From assembly GCA_964016885.1 (NCBI GenBank), contig OZ024741.1, positions 259,098,001 through 259,162,000 on the forward strand: a stretch of DNA of 64,000 nucleotides, written 5' to 3'. Each line of letters starts with the position of its first letter. The stretch's first letter is position 1. The notes beneath the pieces are model-generated. The model had not been told where the DNA came from, made no database searches, and saw only the letters and a list, made by a program, of their open reading frames with translations. This stretch comes from Eledone cirrhosa (taxonomy: Eukaryota). Positions 1-12,400 of the stretch are shown here, piece after piece. Made by a program: the position numbers and the translations under genes.

Positions 1-597
1 AGTCGAAACACTCGTAAGTCGAAACACTCGTAAGCCGAAACACTCGTAAGCCGAAACACTCGTAAGTCGGAACACTCGTAAGTCGGAACACTCGTAAGTC
101 AGAACACTCGTAAGTCAGAACACTCGTAAGTCAGAACACTCGTAAGTCAGAATACTCGTAAGTCGAAACACTCGTATCGAAACACTCGTATGTCAAAACA
201 CCCGTAAGTCAAAACACTCGTAAGTCGAAACACTCGTAAGTCGAAACACTCGTATGTCGAAACATCCGTAAATCAGAACACTCGTAAGTCGAAACACTCG
301 TAAGTCGAAACACTCGTAAGCCGAAACACTCGTAAGTCGAAACACTCGTATCGAAACACTCGTAAGTCGAAACACCCTTAAGTCAAAACACTCGTAAGCC
401 AAAACACTCGTAAGTCGAAACACTCGTAAGTCGGAACACTCGTAAGTCAGAACACTCGTAAGTCAGAACACTCGTAAGTGGAAACACGCGTAAGTCGAAA
501 GACCCGTAAGTCAAAATTCTCGTAAGTCAAAACACTCGTAAGCCGAAACACTCGTAAGTCGAAACACTCGTAAGTCGAAACATTCGTAAAGCGAAAC

Positions 598-667
598 GTA
601 TAAATAAAGATTAATGTAATGAACTTGAAAAGCATAGATATTTGAAACCGCGTCTATTTGTTATTTT
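598..667 (+). repeat. 70-bp AT-rich interspersed island, subtype A (first of 17 copies)
   Basis: Sequence gtataaataaagattaatgtaatgaaCttgaaaagcatagaTatttgaaaccgcgtctatttgttatttt, preceded by cattcgtaaagcgaaac. Copy starts: 598, 18346, 23400, 34515, 36557, 40533, 42621, 44695, 46769, 48294, 50257, 51846, 53809, 55398, 57345, 61305, 63379. Confidence 0.96.
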
Positions 668-879
668 CGTAAGTCGAAACACTCGTAAGTCAGAACACTC
701 TTAAGTGAGAACACTCGTATCGAAACACTCGTATGTCAAAACACCCGTAAGTCAAAACACTCGTAAGTCGAAACACTCGTAAGTCGAAACACTCGTAAGC
801 CGAAACAATCGTAAGTCAAAACACTCGTAAGTCGAAACACTGGTAAGCCGAAAATACTCGTAAGTCGGAACACCCGTAA

Positions 880-3800
880 GCCGAAACCCTCGTAGGTCGG
901 AACACTCTTAAGTCGAAACACTCGTAAGTCGAAACACCCGTAAGTCGAAACACTCGTAAGTCGAAACACCCGTAAGTTGAAACATCCGTAAGTCAAAACA
1001 CTCGTATGTCGAAACACTCGTAAGCCGAGACACTCGTAAGTCGGAACACTCGCAAGTCAGAACACTCGTAAGTCAGAACACTCGTAAGTCGAAACACTCG
1101 TAAGTCGAAACACCCGTAAGTCGAAACGCCCGTAAGTCAAAACACTCGTATGTCGAAACACTCGCAAGCCGAAAAACCGTAAGTCAAAACACTCGTAAGT
1201 CGAAACACACGTAAGTCGAAACACTCGTAAGTCGAAACACTCGTAAGCCGAAACACTCGTAAGCGAAAACATTCGTAAGTCGAAACACTCGTAACCCGAA
1301 ACACTCGTAAGTCGAAACACTCGAAAGCCGAAACACTCGTAAGTCGAAACACTCATAAGCCGAAACACTCGTAAGTCGGAACACTCGTAAGTCAGAACAC
1401 CCGTAAGTCAGAACACTCGTAGTCAGAACACTCGTAAGTCGAAACACTCGTAATCCGAAACACTCTTAAGTCGAAACACTCGTAAGTCGGAAGACTCGTA
1501 AGTCAGAACACTCGTAAGTCAGAACACTCGTAAGTCGAAACACTCGTAAGCCGAAACATCCGTAAGTCAAAACACCCGTAGTCGAAACACTCGCATGTCG
1601 AAACACTCGTAAGTCGAAACACGCGTAAGTCGAAACACATGTAAGTCAAAACACTCGTAAGTCAAAACACTCGTAAGCCGAAACACTCGTAAGTCGAAAC
1701 ACTCGTAAGTTGAAACACTCGTAAAGCGAAACGTATAAATAAAGATTAATGTAATGAATTTGAAAAGCATAGAGATTTGAAACCGCGTCTATTTGTTATT
1801 TTCGTAAGTCGAAACACTCGTAAGCCGAAACACTCGTGAGCCGAAACACTCGTAAGTCGGAACACTCGTAAGTCAGAACACTCGTAAGTCAGAACACTCG
1901 TAAGTTAGAACACTCGTAAGTCAGAACACTCGTAAGTCAGAACACTCGTAAGTCAAAACACTCGTAAGTCGAAACACTCGTAAGCCGAAACACCGTAAGT
2001 CAAAACACTCGTAAGTCGAAACACTCGTAAGTCGAAACACTCGTAAGTCGAAACACTCGTAAGTCGAAACACTCGTAAGTCGAAACACTCGTAAGCCGAA
2101 ACACTCGTAAGCCGAAACACTCGTAAGTCGGAACACTCATAAGTCAGAACACTCGTAAGTCAGAACACTCGTAAGTCGAAACACTCGTAAGCCGAAACAC
2201 CGTAAGTCGAAACACCCGTATGTCGAAACACTCGTAAGCCGAAACACTCTTAAGTCGAAACACTCATAAGCCGAAACACTCGTAAGTCGGAACACTCGTA
2301 AATCAGAACACCCGCAAGTCAGAACACTCGTAAATTAGAACACTCTTAAGTCGAAACTTACGTACGTCGAAACAATCGTAAGTCGAAACACTCGTAAGTC
2401 GAAACATCCTTAAGTCGAAACACTCGTACACCGAAACACTCGTAAGTATAAACATTAGTAAGTCGAAACACTCGTATGTCGAAACACTCGTAAACCGAAA
2501 CACTCGTAAGTCGGAACACTCGTAAGTCAGAACACTCGTAAGTCAGAACACTCGTAAGTCGAAACACTCATAAGTCGAAACACCCGTAAGTCGAAACACT
2601 CGTATGTCGAATAACTCGTAAGCCGAAACACCGTAAGTCAAAACACTCGTAAGTCGAAACACTCGTAAGTCGAAACACCCATAAGCCGAAACACTCGTAA
2701 GCCAAAACATTCGTAAGTCGAAACACTCGTAAACCGAAACACTCATAAGCCAAAACATTCGTAAGTCGAAACACTCGTAAGTCGAAACACCCATAGCCGA
2801 AACACTTGTAAGTCTGAACACACGTAAGTCAGAACACCCGTAAGTCAGAACACTCGTAAGTCAGAACACTCGTAAGTCAGAACACTCGTAAGTCGAAACA
2901 CTCGTATGTCAAAACACCCGTAAGTCAAAACACTCGTAAGTCGAAACACTCGTAAGCCGAAACACCGTAAGCCAAAACACTCGTAAGTCGAAACACCCCT
3001 AAGTCGGAACACTCGTAAGTCGAAACACTCGTAAGTCGAAACACTCGTAAGCCGAAACACTCGTAAGCCGAAACACTCATAAGTCGGAACACTCGTAAGT
3101 CGGAACACTCGTAAGTCAGAACACTCGTAAGTCAGAACACTCGTAAGTCAGAACACTCGTAAGTCAGAACACTCGTAAGTCGAAACACTCGTATCGAAAC
3201 ACTCGTATGTCAAAACACCCGTAAGTCAAAACACTCGTAAGTCGAAACACTCGTAAGTCGAAACATTCGTAAGTCGAAACATCCGTAAATCAGAACACTC
3301 TTAAGTCGAAACACTCGTAAGTCGAAACACTCGTAAGCCGAAACACTCGTAAGTCGAAGCACTCGTATCGAAACACTCGTAAGTCGAAACACCCTTAAGT
3401 CAAAACACTCGTAAGCCAAAACACTCGTAAGTCGAAACACTCGTAAGTCGGAACACTCGTAAGTCAGAACACTCGTAAGTCAGAACACTCGTAAGTGGAA
3501 ACACGCGTAAGTCGAAACACTCATAAGTCGAAACACTCGTAAGTCGAAACACCCGTAAGTCGAAACACCCGTAAGTCGAAACACTCGTATGTCGAATAAC
3601 TCGTAAGCCGAAACACCGTAAGTCAAAACACTCGTAAGTCGAAACACTCGTAAGTCGAAACACCCATAAGCCGAAACCCTCGTAGGTCGGAACACTCTTA
3701 AGTCGAAACACTCGTAAGTCGAAACACCCGTAAGTCGAAACACTCGTAAGTCGAAACACCCGTAAGTCGAAACATCCGTAAGTCAAAACACTCGTATGTC

Positions 3801-6450
3801 GAAACACTCGTAAGCCGAGACACTCGTAAGTCGGAACACTCGCAAGTCAGAACACTCGTAAGTCAGAACACTCGTAAGTCGAAACACTCGTAAGTCGAAA
3901 CACCCGTAAGTCGAAACGCCCGTAAGTCAAAACACTCGTATGTCGAAACACTCGCAAGCCGAAAAACCGTAAGTCAAAACACTCGTAAGTCGAAACACAC
4001 GTAAGTCGAAACACTCGTAAGTCGAAACACTCGTAAGCCGAAACACTCGTAAGCGAAAACATTCGTAAGTCGAAACACTCGTAACCCGAAACACTCGTAA
4101 GTCGAAACACTCGAAAGCCGAAACACTCGTAAGTCGAAACACTCATAAGCCGAAACACTCGTAAGTCGGAACACTCGTAAGTCAGAACACCCGTAAGTCA
4201 GAACACTCGTAGTCAGAACACTCGTAAGTCGAAACACTCGTAATCCGAAACACTCTTAAGTCGAAACACTCGTAAGTCGGAAGACTCGTAAGTCAGAACA
4301 CTCGTAAGTCAGAACACTCGTAAGTCGAAACACTCGTAAGCCGAAACATCCGTAAGTCAAAACACCCGTAGTCGAAACACTCGCATGTCGAAACACTCGT
4401 AAGTCGAAACACGCGTAAGTCGAAACACATGTATGTCAAAACACTCGTAAGTCAAAACACTCGTAAGCCGAAACACTCGTAAGTCGAAACACTCGTAAGT
4501 TGAAACACTCGTAAAGCGAAACGTATAAATAAAGATTAATGTAATGAATTTGAAAAGCATAGAGATTTGAAACCGCGTCTATTTGTTATTTTCGTAAGTC
4601 GAAACACTCGTAAGCCGAAACACTCGTGAGCCGAAACACTCGTAAGTCGGAACACTCGTAAGTCAGAACACTCGTAAGTCAGAACACTCGTAAGTTAGAA
4701 CACTCGTAAGTCAGAACACTCGTAAGTCAGAACACTCGTAAGTCAAAACACTCGTAAGTCGAAACACTCGTAAGCCGAAACACCGTAAGTCAAAACACTC
4801 GTAAGTCGAAACACTCGTAAGTCGAAACACTCGTAGTCGAAACACTCGTAAGTCGAAACACTCGTAAGTCGAAACACTCGTAAGCCGAAACACTCGTAAG
4901 CCGAAACACTCGTAAGTCGGAACACTCATAAGTCAGAACACTCGTAAGTCAGAACACTCGTAAGTCGAAACACTCGTAAGCCGAAACACCGTAAGTCGAA
5001 ACACCCGTATGTCGAAACACTCGTAAGCCGAAACACTCTTAAGTCGAAACACTCATAAGCCGAAACACTCGTAAGTCGGAACACTCGTAAATCAGAACAC
5101 CCGCAAGTCAGAACACTCGTAAATTAGAACACTCTTAAGTCGAAACTTACGTACGTCGAAACAATCGTAAGTCGAAACACTCGTAAGTCGAAACATCCTT
5201 AAGTCGAAACACTCGTACACCGAAACACTCGTAAGTATAAACATTAGTAAGTCGAAACACTCGTATGTCGAAACACTCGTAAACCGAAACACTCGTAAGT
5301 CGGAACACTCGTAAGTCAGAACACTCGTAAGTCAGAACACTCGTAAGTCGAAACACTCATAAGTCGAAACACCCGTAAGTCGAAACACTCGTATGTCGAA
5401 TAACTCGTAAGCCGAAACACCGTAAGTCAAAACACTCGTAAGTCGAAACACTCGTAAGTCGAAACACCCATAAGCCGAAACACTCGTAAGCCAAAACATT
5501 CGTAAGTCGAAACACTCGTAAACCGAAACACTCGTAAGCCAAAACATTCGTAAGTCGAAACACTCGTAAGTCGAAACACCCATAGCCGAAACACTTGTAA
5601 GTCTGAACACACGTAAGTCAGAACACCCGTAAGTCAGAACACTCGTAAGTCAGAACACTCGTAAGTCAGAACACTCGTAAGTCAGAACACTCGTAAGTCA
5701 GAGCACTCGTATCGAAACACTCGTATGTCAAAACACCCGTAAGTCAAAACACTCGTAAGTCGAAACACTCGTAAGCCGAAACACCGTAAGCCAAAACACT
5801 CGTAAGTCGAAACACCCCTAAGTCGGAACACTCGTAAGTCGAAACACTCGTAAGTCGAAACACTCGTAAGCCGAAACACTCGTAAGCCGAAACACTCATA
5901 AGTCGGAACACTCGTAAGTCGGAACACTCGTAAGTCAGAACACTCGTAAGTCAGAACACTCGTAAGTCAGAACACTCGTAAGTCAGAACACTCGTAAGTC
6001 GAAACACTCGTATCGAAACACTCGTATGTCAAAACACCCGTAAGTCAAAACACTCGTAAGTCGAAACACTCGTAAGTCGAAACATTCGTAAGTCGAAACA
6101 TCCGTAAATCAGAACACTCTTAAGTCGAAACACTCGTAAGTCGAAACACTCGTAAGCCGAAACACTCGTAAGTCGAAGCACTCGTATCGAAACACTCGTA
6201 AGTCGAAACACCCTTAAGTCAAAACACTCGTAAGCCAAAACACTCGTAAGTCGAAACACTCGTAAGTCGGAACACTCGTAAGTCAGAACACTCGTAAGTC
6301 AGAACACTCGTAAGTGGAAACACGCGTAAGTCGAAACACTCATAAGTCGAAACACTCGTAAGTCGAAACACCCGTAAGTCGAAACACCCGTAAGTCGAAA
6401 CACTCGTATGTCGAATAACTCGTAAGCCGAAACACCGTAAGTCAAAACAC
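880..6450 (+). repeat. Higher-order tandem duplication, period ~2790 bp
   Basis: Matching variant strings recur at +2790 (islands 1733/4523; ORF-track starts 1057/3847 and 1184/3974), then at +2789 (2303/5092) and +2819 (3210/6029) after small indels. Confidence 0.85.
1733..1802 (+). repeat. 70-bp AT-rich interspersed island, subtype B (first of 19 copies)
   Basis: Same island with gaaTttg and atagaGattt, preceded by cactcgtaaagcgaaac and followed shortly by the rare ctcgtgagccg monomer. Copy starts: 1733, 4523, 10091, 19466, 21505, 24520, 26559, 29614, 31653, 35680, 37671, 41728, 43818, 45876, 49364, 52916, 56594, 58459, 62502. Confidence 0.96.
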
Positions 6451-9400
6451 TCGTAAGTCGAAACACTCGTAAGTCGAAACACCCATAAGCCGAAACACTC
6501 GTAAGCCAAAACATTCGTAAGTCGAAACACTCGTAAACCGAAACACTCGTAAGCCAAAACATTCGTAAGTCGAAACACTCGTAAGTCGAAACACCCATAG
6601 CCGAAACACTCGTAAGTCTGAACACACGTAAGTCAGAACAGCCGTAAGTCAGAACACTCGTAAGTCAGAACACTCGTAAGTCAGAACACTCGTAAGTCAG
6701 AGCACTCGTATCGAAACACTCGTATGTCAAAACACCCGTAAGTCAAAACACTCGTAAGTCGAAACACTCGTAAGCCGAAACACCGTAAGCCAAAACACTC
6801 GTAAGTCGAAACACCCGTAAGTCGGAACACTCGTAAGTCGAAACACTCGTAAGTCGAAACACTCGTAAGCCGAAACACTCGTAAGCCGAAACACTCGTAA
6901 GTCGAAACACTCGTAAGTCGGAACACTCGTAAGTCAGAACACTCGTAAGTCAGAACACTCGTAAGTCAGAACACTCGTAAGTCAGAACACTCGTATCAAA
7001 ACACTCGTATGTCAAAACACCCTTAAGTCAAAACACTCGTAAGTCGAAACACTCGTAAGTCGAAACACTCGTATGTCGAAACATCCGTAAATCAGAACAC
7101 TCGTAAGTCGAAACACTCGTAAGTCGAAACACTCGTAAGCCGAAACACTCGTAAGTCGAAGCACTCGTATCGAAACACTCGTAAGTCGAAACACCCTTAA
7201 GTCAAAACACTCGTAAGCCAAAACACTCGTAAGTCGAAACACTCGTAAGTCGGAACACTCGTAAGTCAGAACACTCGTAAGTCAGAACACTCGTAAGTGG
7301 AAACACGCGTAAGTCGAAAGACCCGTAAGTCAAAAATCTCGTAAGTCAAAACACTCGTAAGCCGAAACACTCGTAAGTCGAAACACTCGTAAGTCGAAAC
7401 ACCCGTAAGTCGGAACACTCGTAAGTCAGAATACTCGTAAGTCAAAACACTCGTAAACCGGAACACCCGTAAGGCAAAACATTCGCATGTCAAAACACTC
7501 GTAAGTCGAAACACTCGTAAGCCGAAACACTCGTAAGTCGAAACACTCGTAAGTCGAAACACTCGTAAGTCGAAACACTCGTAAGTCAGTGCACCCGTAA
7601 GTCAGAACACTCGTAGTCAGAATACTCGTAAGTCGAAACACTCGTATGTCGAAACACCCGTAAGTCGAAACATCCGTAAGTCAAAACACTCGTATGTCGA
7701 AACACTCGTAAGCCGAAACACTCATAAGTCGAAACACTCGTAAGCCGAAACACTCGTAAGTCGAAACACTCATAAGCCGAAACACTCGTAAGTCGGAACA
7801 CTCGTAAATCAGAACACCCGCAAGTCAGAACACTCGTAAATCAGAACACTCTTAAGTCGAAACTCACGTACGCTGAAACACTCGTAAGTCGAAACACTCG
7901 TAAGTCGAAACATCCTTAAGTCGAAACACTCGTACACCGAAACACTCGTAAGTATAAACATTAGTAAGTCGAAACACTCGTAAGCCGAAACACTCGTAAG
8001 TCGAAACACCCGTAAATCGAAACACCCGTAAGTCAAAACACTCGTATGTCGAAACACTCGTAAACCGAAACACTCGTAAGTCGGAACACTCGTAAGTCAG
8101 AACACTCGTAAGTCAGAACACTCGTAAGTCGAAACACTCATAAGTCGAAACACTCGTAAGTCGAAACACCCGTAAGTCGAAACCCCCGTAAGTCGAAACA
8201 CTCGTATGTCGAATAACTCGTAAGCCGAAACACCGTAAGTCAAAACACTCGTAAGTCAAAACACTCGTAAGTCGAAACACCCATAAGCCGAAACACTCGT
8301 AAGCCAAAACATTCGTAAGTCGAAACACTCGTAAACCGAAACACTCGTAAGCCAAAACATTCGTAAGTCGAAACACTCGTAAGTCGAAACACCCATAGCC
8401 GAAACACTCGTAAGTCGGAACACACGTAAGTCAGAACACCCGTAAGTCAGAACACTCGTAAGTCAGAACACTCGTAAGTCAGAGCACTCGTATCGAAACA
8501 CTCGTATGTCAAAACACCCGTAAGTCAAAACACTCGTAAGTCGAAACACTCGTAAGCCGAAACACCGTAAGCCAAAACACTCGTAAGTCGGAACACCCGT
8601 AAGTCGGAACACTCGTAAGTCGAAACACTCGTAAGTCGAAACACTCGTAAGCCGAAACACTCGTAAGCCGAAACACTCGTAAGTCGAAACACCCCTAAGT
8701 CGGAACACTCGTAAGTCGAAACACTCGTAAGTCAGAACACTCGTAAGTCGAAACACTCGTATCGAAACACTCGTATGTCAAAACACCCGTAAGTCAAAAC
8801 ACTCGTAAGTCGAAACACTCGTAAGTCGAAACATTCGTAAGTCGAAACATCCGTAAATCAGAACACTCTTAAGTCGAAACACTCGTAAGTCGAAACACTC
8901 GTAAGCCGAAACACTCGTAAGTCGAAGCACTCGTATCGAAACACTCGTAAGTCGAAACACCCTTAAGTCAAAACACTCGTAAGCCAAAACACTCGTAAGT
9001 CGAAACACTCGTAAGTCGGAACACTCGTAAGTCAGAACACTCGTAAGTCAGAACACTCGTAAGTGGAAACACGCGTAAGTCGAAACACTCATAAGTCGAA
9101 ACACTCGTAAGTCGAAACACCCGTAAGTCGAAACACCCGTAAGTCGAAACACTCGTATGTCGAATAACTCGTAAGCCGAAACACCGTAAGTCAAAACACT
9201 CGTAAGTCGAAACACTCGTAAGTCGAAACACCCATAAGCCGAAACCCTCATAGGTCGGAACACTCTTAAGTCGAAACACTCGTAAGTCGAAACACCCGTA
9301 AGTCGAAACACTCGTAAGTCGAAACACCCGTAAGTCGAAACATCCGTAAGTCAAAACACTCGTATGTCGAAACACTCGTAAGCCGAGACACTCGTAAGTC

Positions 9401-12400
9401 GGAACACTCGCAAGTCAGAACACTCGTAAGTCAGAACACTCGTAAGTCGAAACACTCGTAAGTCGAAACACCCGTAAGTCGAAACGCCCGTAAGTCAAAA
9501 CACTCGTATGTCGAAACACTCGCAAGCCGAAAAACCGTAAGTCAAAACACTCGTAAGTCGAAACACACGTAAGTCGAAACACTCGTAAGTCGAAACACTC
9601 GTAAGCCGAAACACTCGTAAGCGAAAACATTCGTAAGTCGAAACACTCGTAACCCGAAACACTCGTAAGTCGAAACACTCGAAAGCCGAAACACTCGTAA
9701 GTCGAAACACTCATAAGCCGAAACACTCGTAAGTCGGAACACTCGTAAGTCAGAACACCCGTAAGTCAGAACACTCGTAGTCAGAACACTCGTAAGTCGA
9801 AACACTCGTAATCCGAAACACTCTTAAGTCGAAACACTCGTAAGTCGGAAGACTCGTAAGTCAGAACACTCGTAAGTCAGAACACTCGTAAGTCGAAACA
9901 CTCGTAAGCCGAAACATCCGTAAGTCAAAACACCCGTAGTCGAAACACTCGCATGTCGAAACACTCGTAAGTCGAAACACGCGTAAGTCGAAACACATGT
10001 ATGTCAAAACACTCGTAAGTCAAAACACTCGTAAGCCGAAACACTCGTAAGTCGAAACACTCGTAAGTTGAAACACTCGTAAAGCGAAACGTATAAATAA
10101 AGATTAATGTAATGAATTTGAAAAGCATAGAGATTTGAAACCGCGTCTATTTGTTATTTTCGTAAGTCGAAACACTCGTAAGCCGAAACACTCGTGAGCC
10201 GAAACACTCGTAAGTCGGAACACTCGTAAGTCAGAACACTCGTAAGTCAGAACACTCGTAAGTTAGAACACTCGTAAGTCAGAACACTCGTAAGTCAGAA
10301 CACTCGTAAGTCAAAACACTCGTAAGTCGAAACACTCGTAAGCCGAAACACCGTAAGTCAAAACACTCGTAAGTCGAAACACTCGTAAGTCGAAACACTC
10401 GTAGTCGAAACACTCGTAAGTCGAAACACTCGTAAGTCGAAACACTCGTAAGCCGAAACACTCGTAAGCCGAAACACTCGTAAGTCGGAACACTCATAAG
10501 TCAGAACACTCGTAAGTCAGAACACTCGTAAGTCGAAACACTCGTAAGCCGAAACACCGTAAGTCGAAACACCCGTATGTCGAAACACTCGTAAGCCGAA
10601 ACACTCTTAAGTCGAAACACTCATAAGCCGAAACACTCGTAAGTCGGAACACTCGTAAATCAGAACACCCGCAAGTCAGAACACTCGTAAATTAGAACAC
10701 TCTTAAGTCGAAACTTACGTACGTCGAAACAATCGTAAGTCGAAACACTCGTAAGTCGAAACATCCTTAAGTCGAAACACTCGTACACCGAAACACTCGT
10801 AAGTATAAACATTAGTAAGTCGAAACACTCGTATGTCGAAACACTCGTAAACCGAAACACTCGTAAGTCGGAACACTCGTAAGTCAGAACACTCGTAAGT
10901 CAGAACACTCGTAAGTCGAAACACTCATAAGTCGAAACACCCGTAAGTCGAAACACTCGTATGTCGAATAACTCGTAAGCCGAAACACCGTAAGTCAAAA
11001 CACTCGTAAGTCGAAACACTCGTAAGTCGAAACACCCATAAGCCGAAACACTCGTAAGCCAAAACATTCGTAAGTCGAAACACTCGTAAACCGAAACACT
11101 CGTAAGCCAAAACATTCGTAAGTCGAAACACTCGTAAGTCGAAACACCCATAGCCGAAACACTTGTAAGTCTGAACACACGTAAGTCAGAACACCCGTAA
11201 GTCAGAACACTCGTAAGTCAGAACACTCGTAAGTCAGAACACTCGTAAGTCAGAACACTCGTAAGTCAGAGCACTCGTATCGAAACACTCGTATGTCAAA
11301 ACACCCGTAAGTCAAAACACTCGTAAGTCGAAACACTCGTAAGCCGAAACACCGTAAGCCAAAACACTCGTAAGTCGAAACACCCCTAAGTCGGAACACT
11401 CGTAAGTCGAAACACTCGTAAGTCGAAACACTCGTAAGCCGAAACACTCGTAAGCCGAAACACTCATAAGTCGGAACACTCGTAAGTCGGAACACTCGTA
11501 AGTCAGAACACTCGTAAGTCAGAACACTCGTAAGTCAGAACACTCGTAAGTCAGAACACTCGTAAGTCGAAACACTCGTATCGAAACACTCGTATGTCAA
11601 AACACCCGTAAGTCAAAACACTCGTAAGTCGAAACACTCGTAAGTCGAAACATTCGTAAGTCGAAACATCCGTAAATCAGAACACTCTTAAGTCGAAACA
11701 CTCGTAAGTCGAAACACTCGTAAGCCGAAACACTCGTAAGTCGAAGCACTCGTATCGAAACACTCGTAAGTCGAAACACCCTTAAGTCAAAACACTCGTA
11801 AGCCAAAACACTCGTAAGTCGAAACACTCGTAAGTCGGAACACTCGTAAGTCAGAACACTCGTAAGTCAGAACACTCGTAAGTGGAAACACGCGTAAGTC
11901 GAAACACTCATAAGTCGAAACACTCGTAAGTCGAAACACCCGTAAGTCGAAACACCCGTAAGTCGAAACACTCGTATGTCGAATAACTCGTAAGCCGAAA
12001 CACCGTAAGTCAAAACACTCGTAAGTCGAAACACTCGTAAGTCGAAACACCCATAAGCCGAAACACTCGTAAGCCAAAACATTCGTAAGTCGAAACACTC
12101 GTAAACCGAAACACTCGTAAGCCAAAACATTCGTAAGTCGAAACACTCGTAAGTCGAAACACCCATAGCCGAAACACTCGTAAGTCTGAACACACGTAAG
12201 TCAGAACAGCCGTAAGTCAGAACACTCGTAAGTCAGAACACTCGTAAGTCAGAACACTCGTAAGTCAGAGCACTCGTATCGAAACACTCGTATGTCAAAA
12301 CACCCGTAAGTCAAAACACTCGTAAGTCGAAACACTCGTAAGCCGAAACACCGTAAGCCAAAACACTCGTAAGTCGAAACACCCGTAAGTCGGAACACTC

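Noticed and set aside
3-22. Hairpins within the monomer (TCGA palindrome; CGA-N5-TCG; TCG-N5-CGA)
   Set aside because: The stems are only 3 bp and too weak to support a structural claim.
447-635. ATG-initiated ORF MLFKFITLIFIYTF..., resembling a signal peptide
   Set aside because: The hydrophobicity reflects the T-rich minus strand of the island. The ORF runs into satellite and stops at variable points, and several island copies give no ORF above the threshold.
597-671. CGTA direct repeat flanking the island as a target-site duplication; Helitron ends
   Set aside because: CGTA is part of every monomer, and excision would leave an abnormal 12-bp unit. No CTAG 3' end with a GC-rich hairpin is present.
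653-673. Resemblance of tctatttgttattttcgtaag to budding-yeast centromere CDEIII
   Set aside because: It lacks the essential CCG, has no CDEI, and the AT content (~76%) is well below that of CDEII. Probably chance similarity in AT-rich DNA.
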